A stretch of 55,875 nt of DNA from Gemmatimonadales bacterium (GCA_035519195.1 DATIWU010000010.1:1-55875); one strand, 5' to 3'. Shown: positions 1 to 11,858, counted from the first letter of the stretch. Made by a program: numbers and translations. Notes: generated from the letters alone by a model not told the origin.

Positions 1-2802
<2,802 letters not shown>

Positions 2803-2817
2803 GGTGAGATAGCCGAA

Positions 2818-2833
2818 GGCAAGCGGTGTGCCG
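2818..2833 (-). promoter_or_regulatory. Putative sigma-54 (-24/-12) promoter of clpB
   Basis: Minus strand CGGCACACCGCTTGCC gives GG-N10-GC and matches YTGGCAC-N5-TTGC apart from the first base; it ends about 16 nt upstream of the clpB ATG. Confidence 0.6.
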
Positions 2834-2841
2834 CAGAGAGA

Positions 2842-2854
2842 TGCCGGATTGGCA
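2842..2854. promoter_or_regulatory. Palindromic TGCC-N5-GGCA box upstream of the clpB promoter (candidate operator)
   Basis: tgccggattggca lies in the 76-bp intergenic region, about 8 nt upstream of the -24 element. Confidence 0.35.
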
Positions 2855-2878
2855 GATAGGCTCCAGAACGCGACCGCT

Positions 2879-3316
2879 TTATTTCATCACTATCATCTTC
2901 TTCGTATACCGCGAGCCGTCCACTATCAATTGATAGAGGTAGACTCCTGCCGCCGCCAGCTGCCCCGTCTTGGGCACGTTGCCGTCCCAGTAGGCGAAAT
3001 ACGAACACCCGCCGGGGTCCGAGCAGGACAGCCCGACGTTGTCGAGCGCGCGGCCATCATCCTTCAACACGGGGATGGCCACGAGCTGCGCCAGCACATT
3101 GTAGATCCGCAACGAGACTGTCGGCCTGCGACCGTTGGCGAACAGCGCGCCATTCAGTGAAAACGGAATCGTGGTCGCCGGATTAAACGGGTTCGGGAAA
3201 TTCTGTTTGAGCTCCACCATGGGTGAGGCCGGTACCGCCTGACTACTCGCTGTTGCTGCACCCACCCCTGCTGCCCAAAGCCCGAGCCCCAGCACTGCCC
3301 AGGCGTACTGCGTCAT
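2879..3316 (-). CDS. Secreted small protein consisting essentially of a T9SS type-A sorting / FlgD Ig-like domain
   Basis: N-terminal signal peptide, then [19 protein letters not shown]...[13 protein letters not shown]...WDG...AAGVYLYQL...[16 protein letters not shown] upstream. Confidence 0.8.
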   Translation of the reverse strand: MTQYAWAVLGLGLWAAGVGAATASSQAVPASPMVELKQNFPNPFNPATTIPFSLNGALFANGRRPTVSLRIYNVLAQLVAIPVLKDDGRALDNVGLSCSDPGGCSYFAYWDGNVPKTGQLAAAGVYLYQLIVDGSRYTKKMIVMK

Positions 3317-3398
3317 CCACCGCTCCTCGCGAACGAGAAAGTGTCTTTCCGGCTCTCCTTGAAACGGGGTAAACGAATGCGGCCGTTGGAAACGCCCT

Positions 3399-3428
3399 AA
3401 CTTACGGACCGGCTGTTCGCGGTGTCAA
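3399..3428 (-). promoter_or_regulatory. Putative sigma-70 promoter for the 145-aa gene, overlapping the selB 3' end
   Basis: Minus strand TTGACA-N18-TAAGTT. Confidence 0.55.
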
Positions 3429-5288
3429 CAACCGCCTCGCATCGCCGTGCCGCTCCGTGATGCCGCGGCGGTCCATCCATTCGAGTAGCGGAATCAGGTA
3501 CTTCCGGGTGAGCCCCAGCCGGTCGCGCAGCGCCGCGGGTGTCGCCTCGCCCAACTCCCCGAGCAGGGCCTCGATCCTGGCCCGGAACTCCGTCAGTGCC
3601 CCGGGATCGCCGTACCGCTCCTGATCGATCTGCTGCACGATCCCCTCCCGCGCGAGCAGGGCGAGGAGCGGGCCGAGCGAGCTTCCCCCATTCACCTGCC
3701 TTTCGAGCTCCGCGGTGGTCGGGATCTCCCAGCGAGCAGTCTTCAGGATGTGCAGCACTTTGGAACGTGCCGCGGACGCGCGTGCGTCGAGCTTCGGCTT
3801 CCACCCCGGCGCGCGGGCTACTCCCCCATCCACCTCCCAGGCTCCGGAGCGCACCCCCGCTAGGAGCACGAGATCCGCGACGCCCGTTGTGCGACCGTTC
3901 TCTCCGAGCCCGGAGCGAATCGACTCAAGCGACATTCCGCTATCGAGTGGATTCCGTTCATGATGCCGCGCGAGATCGTCGCGCACCCGGACGATCGCTT
4001 GTTCGACGGCAGTCACGGCGACCAGCAACCCGTCCGCTCCGACGTGCTCAGCTTCCGTCGCGGCGAGCACGGCGGGAAGCTCATCGGGGCGCAGTCCGAG
4101 CCGCACGGGAAGTTCGGCCGCGGTGAGGCCGCCGAGGCCCGCTTCCCGGAGCAGTACGCGGAGGCGATCAGCAGCGGACTGCTCCGCAATGAGCGTCCGG
4201 TGTCTGACCTTGCCACGCGCCGGCGGGAAGGGATCGAGCACCACACCACCGCCGATCGTCGTGACCGGAGAGAACGAGCGCAACACGAATCGGTCGCCAC
4301 CGCGTGCCACGAGCGGTGACTCGAGCACGAGCCGCGCCACCGCTCGCGTGCCCGGCTCGACGGCGCCGATCTGGATCACGCGGGCAAGGACTTCCGCGGT
4401 GCCGAGGTGAACCCGTACGCGCGTGCGTCCGCGGAGCGGTCGCGCGGCGTGGGCGAGCACCTCGACCTGAGCGTCCAAACGCCGCGTGGTCCTCCATCCC
4501 GTTCCCCTGACGGCCACGGCACCACGCGCGAGCTCTTCCTTGGAGACTCCAACGAGCGCCAGCGCGGTGCGTCGCCCCGGGAGCGCCCGCTCCGCGGGTT
4601 TCCCGTGCACCTCGATCGAGCGCACCCGGACGTTCCGACCCAGAGGCAGGACGTGCACGAAATCGCCGACCGCCGCCGACCCACTCCACGTCGTGCCGGT
4701 CACGACGGTCCCCGCTCCCGGGAGCGCGAATACTCGATCGATCGGCAAGCGGAACAGATCTTCCTCGGGTCGATCGAGGACTTCGTGGCCGACATCTTCG
4801 AGCACCGCGCGCAACTGGTCGAGCCCCGCGCCCGTTTGCGCCGAAACAGGAACTGGCGCCCGCCACTGAATCACGCTGCGACGCAAGCGCTCGGTGACCT
4901 CGCCGACCACCAGCGCGAGCCATTCCTGGTCTACGAGATCGGTTTTCGTGACGACCGGTATGCCGCGGGGGATGCCCAGCAGCTCGAGAATCGCGAGGTG
5001 CTCTTCTGTCTGGGGCATGATGCCTTCGTCGGCCGCGATCACCAGCAAGGCGACATCGATTCCCGTCGCCCCGGCGAGCATGTTGCGGACGAAGCCTTCG
5101 TGACCCGGAACGTCCACCACGCTCACCTCGAGACCGGCGCCGAGGGGGAGCGGTGCGAATCCGAGGTCGATCGTGATCCCGCGACGCTTCTCTTCTTCCC
5201 AACGGTCAGTGTCGACCCCCGTCAACGCTTTGACGAGCGCGGTCTTGCCGTGATCGATGTGACCGGCGGTGCCGACTACGAATCTCAC
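3402..5288 (-). CDS. selB: Selenocysteine-specific elongation factor SelB
   Basis: Start at GTG 5288 ([16 protein letters not shown]). [19 protein letters not shown] and [12 protein letters not shown] motifs; C-terminal winged-helix motif [16 protein letters not shown]. Confidence 0.96.
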   Translation of the reverse strand: MRFVVGTAGHIDHGKTALVKALTGVDTDRWEEEKRRGITIDLGFAPLPLGAGLEVSVVDVPGHEGFVRNMLAGATGIDVALLVIAADEGIMPQTEEHLAILELLGIPRGIPVVTKTDLVDQEWLALVVGEVTERLRRSVIQWRAPVPVSAQTGAGLDQLRAVLEDVGHEVLDRPEEDLFRLPIDRVFALPGAGTVVTGTTWSGSAAVGDFVHVLPLGRNVRVRSIEVHGKPAERALPGRRTALALVGVSKEELARGAVAVRGTGWRTTRRLDAQVEVLAHAARPLRGRTRVRVHLGTAEVLARVIQIGAVEPGTRAVARLVLESPLVARGGDRFVLRSFSPVTTIGGGVVLDPFPPARGKVRHRTLIAEQSAADRLRVLLREAGLGGLTAAELPVRLGLRPDELPAVLAATEAEHVGADGLLVAVTAVEQAIVRVRDDLARHHERNPLDSGMSLESIRSGLGENGRTTGVADLVLLAGVRSGAWEVDGGVARAPGWKPKLDARASAARSKVLHILKTARWEIPTTAELERQVNGGSSLGPLLALLAREGIVQQIDQERYGDPGALTEFRARIEALLGELGEATPAALRDRLGLTRKYLIPLLEWMDRRGITERHGDARRLLTPRTAGP

Positions 5289-5290
5289 GT

Positions 5291-5387
5291 CCTCACCCCC
5301 TGACCCCCTCTCCGTTCCGGAGAGGGGGAACGAAATCCAAGCTGCCGTTCCCCCTCTCCCGCAGGGAGAGGGGGCCAGGGGGTGAGG
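5291..5387. repeat. Inverted doublet of 42-bp REP/BoxC-like palindromic elements
   Basis: 5291-5332 is cctcaccccctgaccccctctccgttccggagagggggaacg. The reverse complement of 5346-5387 is cctcaccccctggccccctctccctgcgggagagggggaacg. Each unit has an internal CCCCTCTCC...GGAGAGGGG hairpin; the spacer is 13 nt. Confidence 0.9.
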
Positions 5388-6138
5388 TCCACGCGTGACG
5401 TTCCCAGGAATCGAGCGCGGCGAGCGATTCGGTTTCGAGGTGGTAGCGGATGAAGCGCGCCACGAGACGTCGATGGGCGGCGGCATGCGGGACGTCGAGC
5501 ACGGGAAGCTCAGCGTGGGGATCGTTGAGCGCGAGGAGGACGCGATAGTCTTCGGGCGGGAGCCGGGTCGGAGGTTGTGACGGTGCGCAGTGATGGCAGA
5601 GCACCCCGCCCTCGGCGGCGCTGAACGCAATCGGCACGCTATCCGCGACGATCTCCGCGTCATCACGCACGCAGGTCGAGAGCGCCGGCCCAAATCCGAG
5701 CTCTCGCACCAGCACCCAGAGTCCTCGCACGGCGGCCGCGGTTTGCGTTGCCGGAGCCACGGAGACAAGCAGGTCGAGCACGGCCGTCAGCGTATCGAAC
5801 GCGGTCGGGAGCGGCGCGGCGGGCGCCATCTTGAGCATCACCTCGGCCACGGCGGCGGCGGCGGTGAAACGCTCGAGGTCCGATGCCAGGCCGCGGCGCA
5901 GATTGGCGACGTCAAACGCTCCCAGCGTGTGCAGATCGCGTGACTCCTTGTAGTAGATCTGCACATCTCCCTCGCTCAGAAACTCGATCGCCGCGCCGAA
6001 CCGGCTGTGCGGGCGGAGCGCACCCTTCGCGATGGCGCTCTGCACGCCGATGTCGCGGGTCGCGAGCCGCACGATTTTCGAGGTCTCACTATAGCGATGA
6101 GTCCGGAGCACGACGGCGCGGGTCGTAACGAGCGGCAT
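5293..6138 (-). CDS. recO: DNA repair protein RecO
   Basis: MPLVTTRAVVLRTHRYSETSKIV...AIAKGALRPHSRFG. Zn-finger region CVRD...GGVLCHHC. TGATG overlap with the upstream gene. Confidence 0.94.
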   Translation of the reverse strand: MPLVTTRAVVLRTHRYSETSKIVRLATRDIGVQSAIAKGALRPHSRFGAAIEFLSEGDVQIYYKESRDLHTLGAFDVANLRRGLASDLERFTAAAAVAEVMLKMAPAAPLPTAFDTLTAVLDLLVSVAPATQTAAAVRGLWVLVRELGFGPALSTCVRDDAEIVADSVPIAFSAAEGGVLCHHCAPSQPPTRLPPEDYRVLLALNDPHAELPVLDVPHAAAHRRLVARFIRYHLETESLAALDSWERHAWTSPPGPLSLRERGNGSLDFVPPLRNGEGVRG

Positions 6139-7181
6139 CAGGGCACGAGTGTCGTTGCGGCGGCGGCGGGGCAGATTCCGACCGGAATCTGCTGGTCGTC
6201 GTGGTACTCGGGTGGAGGCGACAGCACGTGCAGCGTTCCCGGCCCCGTGCAATTTCCCTGGTCAAACGCGTAGACGCGTCCCGTCTCGTCCAGCGCGAGG
6301 GCGGCGATTCCGGCGCCTCCGGGCTTCAGGCCCTGCCCGGCGCCGCGCAGCAGCTTGCGCCGCGACGTATCGATTTCGAGAATTCCCTCGGTCTGCGAGG
6401 CTACAAGCAGGCGACCGGTCGGATGGTAGACCGCCGGGCCGGGAGACTCACCAAGGCCATTCATGACGACAAGTTCAGCGAGCGACGCCGGATCCACAAT
6501 CGACACCTTCCCATCGCCCCTTCCGGGGGTTCCCGCCTCGACGACGTAGACCAACCCGTCCTCCCCGGCGACCGCATAGCGAGCATTGCTACCGGTGAGC
6601 GGAATCGAATCCGGGGAGGCGAGAGCGCCGGTCTCCTGGGAGCGTACCCTTATCCAGGCCGGCCCGCTCGGTACGCCGGCCGAGAGGCTCGTGTTGGTGA
6701 CGAAAACGCGTCCCTGCACCACCACCACCGCCTGCGGATAGGCCTCTCCCGGGTACGTGGTTACGGCATTCGTCCGAAAGTCGATGCGGCTCACGCTGTT
6801 CAGCGCCGTATTCGCCACCCACGCAACCGAGTCTTTGGTGATCGCGATGCCACCGGCGCCCGATCCGGCGGGCAGCGGACGGTAGCTCAAGTCGGGGACC
6901 CGCTCCATCGTGAAATCGTAGACGGCGATCGCGCCAGAATCGACTGCCGGGACCGCGAGGAGACTCAAATCCAGGACCGCGGCCGTCCGGGCGGTGGCGC
7001 CCGGCGGCGCGATGGGGGTCGTGACGACGGAGCGATCGTCCACGGAAACGAGCGAGAGCGTACGGCTCACGGTGTTCACGGCGACTACGACCTGACCCGC
7101 GGCGGTCGACTGCTCGAGAGCGTCGCTGCACCCACTGAGTGCCGCGGCCAGAAGCAGTGAAGCGGAAGCTGCTGCGCGCAT
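6138..7181 (-). CDS. Beta-propeller (YncE/YVTN-like) lipoprotein, candidate BtuG-like cobamide-binding protein
   Basis: Lipobox LSGC. Repeated blade motifs (WVANTALNSVSRID, VFVTN, VYVVEAG...KVSIVD). Directly downstream of the TonB-dependent receptor. Confidence 0.7.
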   Translation of the reverse strand: MRAAASASLLLAAALSGCSDALEQSTAAGQVVVAVNTVSRTLSLVSVDDRSVVTTPIAPPGATARTAAVLDLSLLAVPAVDSGAIAVYDFTMERVPDLSYRPLPAGSGAGGIAITKDSVAWVANTALNSVSRIDFRTNAVTTYPGEAYPQAVVVVQGRVFVTNTSLSAGVPSGPAWIRVRSQETGALASPDSIPLTGSNARYAVAGEDGLVYVVEAGTPGRGDGKVSIVDPASLAELVVMNGLGESPGPAVYHPTGRLLVASQTEGILEIDTSRRKLLRGAGQGLKPGGAGIAALALDETGRVYAFDQGNCTGPGTLHVLSPPPEYHDDQQIPVGICPAAAATTLVP

Positions 7182-7192
7182 GCACGCCTAAG

Positions 7193-9133
7193 TTAATAAC
7201 CGAACCGCAGCTCTGCCCCCGCGAGAATGGTGCGGCGTCGCGCCGGAAAATTCGCGATCTCCTCGTAGCTGCGATCGAACAGATTCTCCACCCGCAGCCG
7301 TGCGGCCAGGCCCGGCGAGGTGCCGCGCGCCTGAATGACCTGCGCGCTCGCCGTCAGATCCCAGCGGGCGTAGGCGGGCAGCGTCACGCGCGCGAACGTC
7401 GCGAAATCGATGTCCTCCCGGTCGCCGACGTACAACGCCGTCAGGGCCGTATGGATGCGGTGCGGAAGATCGCACGCGAGTGTCGCGCTGGCCGAATGCT
7501 TCGGGCGCCGGAGGAGGGGCTCGCCTGCCACGAACTGCGCCGCCGGACTGGCGCTCGCGCCACCTTTTGTCACGGAGGCGTCGAGCCAGGTGTACGAGCC
7601 GCCCAATCTCGCGGCGCGGCCGAGCGGCGCATCGAGTCCCACCTCGACGCCGTTCGAGGTCGCTTCGGGAACGTTGAGGTAGTTGGCCCCGGTCGACCCG
7701 CCATCGTAGTCAATGAGATCACGGAATCGCTGGTTGAAGTACGTAACCCGTGCCGTCGCTGCTCGCGACCCCACACGCTGCTCGAGCCCGATCTCCCAGC
7801 TCTGCGAATGCTCGGGCTTGAGATCGGGATTTCCCTGTACGAATCCCGTGGCAAAGTTCTGATAGAACGTCGGCTCCTTGAATCCCGTGCCCACGGAGCC
7901 GATCACACGCGTGCGCGGCGCCAGATGCAGGGCCGCGCCCACCCGGTACGTCCCCCAGGTGCCGAATTGCTCGTTGTCATCCACGCGGCCGCCGAGCGTG
8001 AGGTTTACGAGCCGTTGGCCGCCCGTGACGAGCTGGGCGTACGCCGCGCCGTTGTTTCGACCCCGCATCGTGTCGAGCGTGGAGCCTTCCATCGTTTCCC
8101 GCTCGAACGCGGCGCCGACGGTCAGCACGTCTCCCGCATCACGCCGTCCCACGTGCACGTCGCTCCTGGCGTCCACGTTGGCGCGCGAAGTCCAGTCGGA
8201 GCTGGAAAAGGGGAACGTGGTGGAGTCGGCGGCGTCGTTGGGCGCGATCGCATAGAGATAGTTCTTGCGATCCCAGCCGGCGGACATCTGACCGTCCACC
8301 CGCTCGGAAAACGAATGCCGCAGGTCCAATCCCACCATCGGCCCGCGCACGAGCTGATGCTGGTTGTTGCTGACGACGGCGCCCGAGCCGTCGGTCGGGA
8401 AATGATACTGCGCGTCGATGTAGCGGAGGGCGAGTGCCGCCTGATCGCGTGCATCGGGACTGAACCGGAGCCGCGCGCTCGCGACGTCGTTGCGATAGTC
8501 GTTGTTGACCGGATACACCCCATCGGACGAGAACCGCGATACCGCCAGGAGATAGCTCGCGCGCTCCGCCCCGCCGGACAGCGTTGCATCGAGTCCACCA
8601 CTCGCGTACGTGCCACCCAGCCCCGAAATCACTCCCTGCGCCGGCCCGCGCCCGTCGCGCGTGAACACCTGCACCACGCCGGTCACCGCATCCGATCCGT
8701 ACAACACGCTCGCCGGGCCGCGCACGATCTCAATCCGGTCCACGCCATCGGTGGTGAGGTTCGCGAAGTCGTACGAATTTCCCGGACCGCCCGGGGCGAG
8801 CTGCGGCACTCCATCCACGAGAACCTTCACGTACCCTGCCTCACCGCCCCGCAGAAATAACGACGTCTGGCTGCCGTAGGAGCTGGTCGTGACGACATTC
8901 GCGGCCGGAACGGTCCGGAGTGCGTCGCCGACGTTGTGGATGCTCTCGTGAGACAGCGTCGTGCCGGACAGCACGGTCACGGCCGCGGGGATGGCGCTCG
9001 CGTCCATGGGAATCTTGGTCGCGGTCACGACGACGGGCGCGAGCGTGGCCGTGTCCTGCGGCTGCTGCCGCGCGTACAGACCGGATGCGGCCAGCGTGAG
9101 GGCGGTGAGCGAGGTCAACGCGCGTGAGATCAT
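7193..9133 (-). CDS. btuB: TonB-dependent cobalamin receptor BtuB
   Basis: Signal peptide, TonB box (DTATLAPVVVTATK), plug motifs LFLRGG...VLVDGVP and RIEIVRGPASVLYGSDA, GNPDLKPE, RVENLFD. Lies in the B12 riboswitch operon. Confidence 0.88.
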   Translation of the reverse strand: MISRALTSLTALTLAASGLYARQQPQDTATLAPVVVTATKIPMDASAIPAAVTVLSGTTLSHESIHNVGDALRTVPAANVVTTSSYGSQTSLFLRGGEAGYVKVLVDGVPQLAPGGPGNSYDFANLTTDGVDRIEIVRGPASVLYGSDAVTGVVQVFTRDGRGPAQGVISGLGGTYASGGLDATLSGGAERASYLLAVSRFSSDGVYPVNNDYRNDVASARLRFSPDARDQAALALRYIDAQYHFPTDGSGAVVSNNQHQLVRGPMVGLDLRHSFSERVDGQMSAGWDRKNYLYAIAPNDAADSTTFPFSSSDWTSRANVDARSDVHVGRRDAGDVLTVGAAFERETMEGSTLDTMRGRNNGAAYAQLVTGGQRLVNLTLGGRVDDNEQFGTWGTYRVGAALHLAPRTRVIGSVGTGFKEPTFYQNFATGFVQGNPDLKPEHSQSWEIGLEQRVGSRAATARVTYFNQRFRDLIDYDGGSTGANYLNVPEATSNGVEVGLDAPLGRAARLGGSYTWLDASVTKGGASASPAAQFVAGEPLLRRPKHSASATLACDLPHRIHTALTALYVGDREDIDFATFARVTLPAYARWDLTASAQVIQARGTSPGLAARLRVENLFDRSYEEIANFPARRRTILAGAELRFGY

Positions 9134-9945
9134 CAACGATCCTTTCCCGGCGTGGATGCGGCGCGAAGCGGAATCATTTGGGGACGGCCTTCGATGCGCT
9201 CGATCCGAACCGGCCACTCGAATACCGCTTCGAGGCGCTCGGTCGTGAGCACGTGCTCCGCGGCACCGATGGCAACGAGCCGGCCGCCGGCGAGCAGCAC
9301 GAGCCGGTCGGCGTACCGCGCGGCGAGGTTCACGTGATGCGTGATGAGCAGCACCGAGAGTCCTTGCGCGTCGACCAGGGCGCGGAGCAGCTCGAACAGC
9401 TCCATTTCGTGCCGCACGTCGAGGCTCGACGTCGGCTCGTCGAGCACGAGCAGCTTGGGCTCCTGCGCGAGGGCCCGCGCCAGCCGAACCCGCTGATACT
9501 CGCCGCCCGAGAGTGACCAGATCGAGCGGTCGGCGAGCCGGTCCACGTCGCAGCGCGACAGCGCGCGATCAACCGCCGCGCGATCGACGTCGCTCCCGTT
9601 GCCCCACAGCGACAGGTGCGGATAGCGGCCGAGCAGCACGGTCTCGCGCACGCGCTGCGGAAACAGATTGTCCTCGCGTTGCGGCATCACCGCCAGCACG
9701 CGCGCCAGATCGCGCCGCGCCCAGGCGTGCGCCGGACGGTCCAGTACGCGGACGGTCCCCGCGTCGGGGCTCACGACGCCGAGTGCCAGGCGCACCAGTG
9801 TCGTCTTGCCGCTGCCGTTTGGGCCGAGCACGGCGGTGAAGTCGCCGCTCCCCTGCTCGAGCGAGAAGTCCTGCACCGCGTTCGCGCTCGCGCGCGGATA
9901 GCGGTACGCGACGCCCTGCAGGTCGAGAATCAGCGGGCGGTCCAT
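9133..9945 (-). CDS. btuD: Cobalamin/Fe-chelate ABC transporter ATP-binding protein (BtuD/FepC-like)
   Basis: Start MDRPLILD; Walker A GPNGSGKT, signature LSGGE, LVLDEPT. Confidence 0.88.
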   Translation of the reverse strand: MDRPLILDLQGVAYRYPRASANAVQDFSLEQGSGDFTAVLGPNGSGKTTLVRLALGVVSPDAGTVRVLDRPAHAWARRDLARVLAVMPQREDNLFPQRVRETVLLGRYPHLSLWGNGSDVDRAAVDRALSRCDVDRLADRSIWSLSGGEYQRVRLARALAQEPKLLVLDEPTSSLDVRHEMELFELLRALVDAQGLSVLLITHHVNLAARYADRLVLLAGGRLVAIGAAEHVLTTERLEAVFEWPVRIERIEGRPQMIPLRAASTPGKDR

Positions 9946-10871
9946 TGGCGCATGAGCAACGCGAATGCCGGCACGCCGATGAGCGCGGTCACGATCCCGA
10001 CGGGCAGCTCGCGTGGCGCCACGACCGTGCGGGCGAGCGTATCCGCGAGCGTCACCAGGACGCCGCCCCCCAGGAACGCGGCCGGAAACAGGGCGCGGTG
10101 CGTTCTCCCCCACACCGCCCGCATCGCGTGGGGAACGATCAATCCCACGAAACCGATGATCCCGGACACCGAGACGGCCACCGCCGTGAGGAGCGACGCG
10201 GCGAGGTACACCTGGCGCTTGACCCGCGCGACGTCGGCGCCGAGATACCGCGCGGGATCTTCTCCGAGCGCCAGCAGGTCGAGCGGGCGCGCCGCGGCAA
10301 ACAGCGCGACGAGCGGCAGCGGCAGATACGCGCACACCACCCAGACTGAGCTCCACGACGCGCTGCCGAACCCGCCCCACAACCAGAGCATCGCGTTGCG
10401 CAGCTCGACGGCATTGGCCAGCGAGACGATGGCGGTGGTCAGCGCGCCCGCGAAGGCCCCCACGGCCACACCGCCCAGAATCAGCACGCGCGGATCGAGC
10501 TCCGCCCCACCCACGAGCCCGATGCGATAGACCAGTCCCATCGCGAGCAGCGCACCGGCGAGGGCGGCAATGGGGACCGCCCATCCACCCGTCGCGTGCG
10601 CGGCGATCGCGAGTACGGCACCGAGCCCCGCGCCACCCGAAAGGCCCAGCAGAAACGGATCGGCCAGCGGATTCCGTACGATCGCCTGGAGCGCGGCGCC
10701 CGACACCCCCAGGGCCCCACCCACGAGAAACGCCAGCACGCCACGCGGCAGCCGGATCGACCGCACAATGTCGGACGTGGCCAGGGCGCCCAGCGGCACG
10801 TGGGTCGGTCCGAGTGCAACCGAAAGCACGAGCGCGAGCACCGCGACGCCGCCGAGCCCGAGCCACTTCAT
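9930..10871 (-). CDS. btuC: Cobalamin ABC transporter permease (FecCD/BtuC family)
   Basis: IRLPR, RNPLADPFLLG, GIIGFVGLIVPH and ELPVGIVTALIG motifs; ATGA overlap with btuF. Confidence 0.9.
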   Translation of the reverse strand: MKWLGLGGVAVLALVLSVALGPTHVPLGALATSDIVRSIRLPRGVLAFLVGGALGVSGAALQAIVRNPLADPFLLGLSGGAGLGAVLAIAAHATGGWAVPIAALAGALLAMGLVYRIGLVGGAELDPRVLILGGVAVGAFAGALTTAIVSLANAVELRNAMLWLWGGFGSASWSSVWVVCAYLPLPLVALFAAARPLDLLALGEDPARYLGADVARVKRQVYLAASLLTAVAVSVSGIIGFVGLIVPHAMRAVWGRTHRALFPAAFLGGGVLVTLADTLARTVVAPRELPVGIVTALIGVPAFALLMRQWTAR

Positions 10872-11761
10872 CGCGCACCTCGAAGCATCTGCCGCAGTTC
10901 TCGGACAGCGCTGTCGGCACGGGGAGACGGGTGCCCGAACAACGAGCCGCCGAGCACCACAAAGCGGTGCTCGCGCACGGCGCGAATCGCCTGCCACGCC
11001 GGCGCGCGCACGTAGGCGGGGGGCTCGGGATGCCGCTCCGCACTGTCGGCGATCGTGACCAGGATATCGGGATCCCGCACGGCGATCGTTTCGAGCGACA
11101 CGATGCTCGACGCCGCAGCCATGTCATGAAACACGTTCCGGGCGCCCGCGAGGCTCGCGAGCTGGTCGAGGTAGCTGTCCCGCCCGATCACGATAGGAGG
11201 GTTGTCCCACGTGACGAACGCGATGGAAATGCCGAGCGCGGAAGCGGGCGTGCGGGCGGTCGCGAGCATCACCCGCGCGATCGAATCGCCCGCCATGGTG
11301 TCATCGGTGAGCCTGCTGATCAACTGCGCGGCGCGCGCCAGATCTTCAAGCCGGTCCTGTTTCAGCACCAGCGCGGGAATGTCGAGCTGCAAAAGCTGCT
11401 GCGCGGCTCGGAGGTCGAGTGTTGACCGGTACAAGACCACCAGATCCGGACGGCGGGCCGCGATGGCCTCGATGTTCGGGTTGAGCCCGTCGCCGACGCT
11501 CGGCACCAGCGTGGCCTCGGCGGGGTAGTCGCACCAGGTAGTGCGCCCGACCACGCGGTCGCCCGCGCCCAGCGCGAACAGCAGCTCGGTGGTGGCCGGA
11601 GAGAGCGAGACGATGCGTCGCGCTGGATGCGCGAGTGAGACGGCGCGGTTCGCGTCGTCCGTGACGACGAGACGCGGGGTCTGGCCGCCCCACCCCTCCC
11701 ACCCGAGAGCGGCGAGGACGAGGAGGCCCGCGAGGTGGGTGCGATATGCCCGTCGGCGCAT
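10868..11761 (-). CDS. btuF: Cobalamin-binding periplasmic protein BtuF (helical-backbone family)
   Basis: RRIVSLSPATTELLFALGAGDRVVG...CDYP and PNIEAI...PDLV; first gene after the riboswitch. Confidence 0.9.
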   Translation of the reverse strand: MRRRAYRTHLAGLLVLAALGWEGWGGQTPRLVVTDDANRAVSLAHPARRIVSLSPATTELLFALGAGDRVVGRTTWCDYPAEATLVPSVGDGLNPNIEAIAARRPDLVVLYRSTLDLRAAQQLLQLDIPALVLKQDRLEDLARAAQLISRLTDDTMAGDSIARVMLATARTPASALGISIAFVTWDNPPIVIGRDSYLDQLASLAGARNVFHDMAAASSIVSLETIAVRDPDILVTIADSAERHPEPPAYVRAPAWQAIRAVREHRFVVLGGSLFGHPSPRADSAVRELRQMLRGAR

Positions 11762-11765
11762 AGCG

Positions 11766-11799
11766 AAAATGCCCACCCCCGACGGAGCGGAGATGGGCA
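11766..11799 (-). terminator. Riboswitch expression-platform hairpin (terminator or RBS-sequestering)
   Basis: Minus strand TGCCCATCTCCG-CTCCGT-CGGGGGTGGGCA followed by TTTT; a 12-bp stem including G-U pairs, ending 4 nt before the btuF ATG. Confidence 0.6.
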
Positions 11800-11858
11800 A
11801 GCGACTGCGCCGAGTTGCGCAGCGCCACCATCCCTCCCGCGAGGGACAACAAGGTGGC

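Noticed and set aside
5291..5387. Hairpins at the selB 5' end as a SECIS element or tRNA-Sec
   Set aside because: No cloverleaf or UCA anticodon arm; the hairpins lie upstream of, not after, the recO UGA, and the symmetry is explained by an inverted repeat doublet.
3402..5768. 788-aa SelB with a long N-terminal extension
   Set aside because: The extension overlaps recO in another frame; the G-domain begins at GTG 5288.
9133..11127. 664-aa ORF suggesting an ABC ATPase fusion
   Set aside because: Only the last 270 aa are ATPase; the rest overlaps btuC/btuF out of frame. The same applies to the extended ORFs for HPr, ribBA, GT4 and mtaB.
11685..11705. GGGTGGGAGGGGTGGGGCGG tract in the btuF signal region
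   Set aside because: G-rich on the sense strand like the heptamer arrays, but only about two units of period 9; too short to assign.
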